In this document: positions 61,977 to 64,000 of the stretch, in pieces
How the letters are laid out: the number at the start of each line of letters is the position of its first letter
Numbering within the stretch: the first letter of the stretch is position 1
Assembly: GCA_963767925.1 (NCBI GenBank)
Contig: CAVYGB010000009.1
Location: forward strand, 224,001-288,000
DNA length: 64,000 nt
Direction of reading: 5' to 3'
From: an uncultured delta proteobacterium
Lineage (GTDB): Bacteria; Myxococcota_A; Polyangia; Fen-1088
The notes under the pieces: model-generated
What the model was told of the DNA's origin: nothing
The model's input: the letters and a program-made list of their open reading frames with translations, nothing else
Database searches by the model: none
Program-made: the position numbers and the translations under genes

Positions 61977-62621
61977 ATGGCCAGGAAGCAGACGCGGGCG
62001 GCGCCGCTGGCGGGCAGGCAGGCCCAGGCTCGGGACAACGACCAGCGCATCCTGGAGGCCGCCCGGCAGGTGTTCGTCGAAAATCCCGAGGCCCCCATCG
62101 CCGCCGTGGCCCGGCGCGCGGGAGTCGGCATCAGCGCGCTCTACCGTCGCTACCGGAGCAAGAAGAGCCTGCTCGATCGGGTCTGTCTCGAGGGCTTGCG
62201 CCGCTACGTCGCCGCCGCCGAGAAGGCGCTCGCCGACACCGCGGAGGAGCCCTGGCTGGTCTACAGCCGGTTCATGCGGGAGATCGTCGACGCTGACACC
62301 CACTCGAACGTCCTGCGCCTCGCCGGCGTCTTCAAGCCGAGCAAGATCTTGTACCGGGAGGCGGAGCAGGCCCAGGCGCTCAATCTCCGCCTCTTCAACC
62401 GGATCAAAGCCGCCCGCGTCCTCCGCCCCGACATCGAGGCCTCCGACATCGCCCTCATCTTCGAGCAGCTCGCCGCCATCCGACTGGGCGACGCCCCCCG
62501 AACCGCCCGCCTCCGCCAGCGCTACCTCGCCCTCCACCTCGACGCGCTGACCCCCCGAACCAGCCCCCCGCTGCCCGGCCCTCCTCCAACCTGGGAGGAG
62601 ATCAACGCCCGCTGGGGCTGA
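61977..62621 (+). CDS. TetR/AcrR-family transcriptional regulator
   Basis: RILEAARQVF and VARRAGVGISALYRRY.SK helix-turn-helix. Confidence 0.9.
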   Translation: MARKQTRAAPLAGRQAQARDNDQRILEAARQVFVENPEAPIAAVARRAGVGISALYRRYRSKKSLLDRVCLEGLRRYVAAAEKALADTAEEPWLVYSRFMREIVDADTHSNVLRLAGVFKPSKILYREAEQAQALNLRLFNRIKAARVLRPDIEASDIALIFEQLAAIRLGDAPRTARLRQRYLALHLDALTPRTSPPLPGPPPTWEEINARWG

Positions 62622-62714
62622 ACAGGAACCTCACCTCATCCCGGGGCGCGTTGCGGCGGCTCGACCAGGCCAGATATACTGAGAGAGCGTTCGCGACGCT
62701 CACGAATCCCTGAC

Positions 62715-63095
62715 CATCGACCTCGTTGCGGATCCCGTGCCACTGGCCGAACCACCCTGGGCCGTGACATTGGGTGGTGCCAGCTTCCTGGTGGATACAC
62801 CGCACCAGATCCTCGTGAACAAGCTCTGCGCGATACTGAGTCGGTCCGAGCCCCGCGATCTCGAAGACATAAAGGCGCTGCTCGAAAGCGCGGGCGACCT
62901 GCCTCGCGCCCTCGAGGACTGCCCGCAGCAGGAAGCGGGCTTTCGCCACTCACGCTCGCCTGGGCGATTCGGAGCCTGCCCCTCGAGCGACTGACCGCCG
63001 CGCTCGGCTGGCCATCCGATCGAGCAGAAGCTTTGGCGCGTTTCCGCGACGTCTTCGTCGAGCGGGTCCTCCAGGAAGCACGACCCGAATCCTAG
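62715..63095 (+). pseudogene. AbiEii-like nucleotidyltransferase C-terminal remnant, frameshifted
   Basis: IDLVADPV, ILVNKLCA.LSRSE.RDL.D, a frameshift, then SPLTLAW. Confidence 0.6.
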
Positions 63096-63104
63096 TGCAC
63101 CGTC

Positions 63105-64000
63105 TCAGTCGAACTGCGGGGCGCGGCGGGCGATGAGATCGAGGGCGGCGACGCGGTAGGCTTCGCCCAGCGTCGGGAAGTTGAAGATGTTCTCGACGAA
63201 GGCGTCGATCTCCAGGCCGCCGAGCAGCGCCATCTGACCCACGTGGATCAGCTCCGAGGCCCCCTCGCCGACGATGTGCACGCCGAGCAGGCGGCGCCCG
63301 CTGGGGTCGGCGATCAGCTTCAGCAGCCCGTCCTCGATGCCGGAGATCACCCCCCGGGCGATCTCCTCGAAGCGGGCCCGGCCCACCAGCGGGGCGGCGC
63401 CCTCGCGGCGGAGCGCGTCCTCCTCGCTCAGCCCCACGCTGGCCATCTCCGGGATGCTGTAGATGCCGATGGGGATGGTATCGGGTGAATCGCTCGAGGG
63501 GAGCTGCAGGGCGTGGCGGGCGGCCCGGCGCCCTTGTTCCATGGCCGTGGAGGCGAGCGAGGGCGGACCGATGACGTCGCCCACCGCGTACACCCCGGGC
63601 ACCTTCGTCCGGCAGTGCTCGTCGACCTCGAGCAGGCCCCGGGCGTTGGTCTGCAGGCCGGCCGCCGCCAGGTCCAGGCCCTCCACCGCCGCCACCCGAC
63701 CCAGGGCGACCATCAGCTTGTCGCTCTCCACCAGCTCGCCGTTGCCCAGGCGGGTGCGGACCTTGCTGGCCCCGTCCCAGCGCACCTCGCCGGCGCTGGT
63801 GTTGCCCACGTACCGGCCGCCGCTGCGCCCGAGCGCGGTCACGAACCGCTCCACCAGGTCGGCGTCCACGAACTTCAGGGGCCGGTCCGCCCGGTCGACC
63901 ATCGTCACCTTCACCCCCAGGTGGGAAAAGACGCTGGCGTATTCGCAGGCGATCACCCCGCCGCCCAGGATGGTCAGCGACCCGGGCAGGTAGATCATCG
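63105..64000 (-). CDS. sthA: Soluble pyridine nucleotide transhydrogenase, 5' end outside the window
   Basis: GGGVIACEYAS, GDVIGPPSLAST.MEQGR, GIYSIPE, ELIHVGQ and FNFPTL.EAY.VAALD. Confidence 0.88.
   Translation of the reverse strand, partial: MIYLPGSLTILGGGVIACEYASVFSHLGVKVTMVDRADRPLKFVDADLVERFVTALGRSGGRYVGNTSAGEVRWDGASKVRTRLGNGELVESDKLMVALGRVAAVEGLDLAAAGLQTNARGLLEVDEHCRTKVPGVYAVGDVIGPPSLASTAMEQGRRAARHALQLPSSDSPDTIPIGIYSIPEMASVGLSEEDALRREGAAPLVGRARFEEIARGVISGIEDGLLKLIADPSGRRLLGVHIVGEGASELIHVGQMALLGGLEIDAFVENIFNFPTLGEAYRVAALDLIARRAPQFD

Noticed and set aside
62715..63095. Active AbiE toxin-antitoxin or defence system
   Set aside because: Only a frameshifted C-terminal fragment is present, with no partner gene.

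Overview
This is a very GC-rich bacterial window, probably Myxococcota or another deltaproteobacterium, judged from a Myxococcus-type LexA box, an MxcI-like lipoprotein and many Pro/Gly-linker lipoproteins. Most of it is ordinary accessory and metabolic content: pepE, dinB, a rhamnose aldolase/dehydrogenase, an orphan peptidase-containing ABC exporter, a four-receiver hybrid kinase, argD, ilvA, kynA-kynU, a SNF2 helicase, an epoxide hydrolase/TetR pair and sthA, mixed with REP/MITE-like repeats and many gene remnants. The standout locus is 43420-58425, which holds three tandem secreted collagen-like genes. Their Gly-X-Y sequences are strongly diverged, yet the chains stay in exact register with no net indel over about 1000 codons. 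Each chain has seven helical segments (20/26/31/43/36/~35/~30 triplets) separated by six CBM5/12-like modules. Downstream lie a small lipoprotein, an FKBP prolyl isomerase and a TMTC-like membrane glycosyltransferase. I infer a candidate heterotrimeric bacterial collagen with its own folding and glycosylation machinery; this is untested. Also notable are an 11-unit hairpin repeat array (6547-6921) and a dinB gene broken by ten frameshifts, all +1. All family calls come from motif recognition, not database searches.
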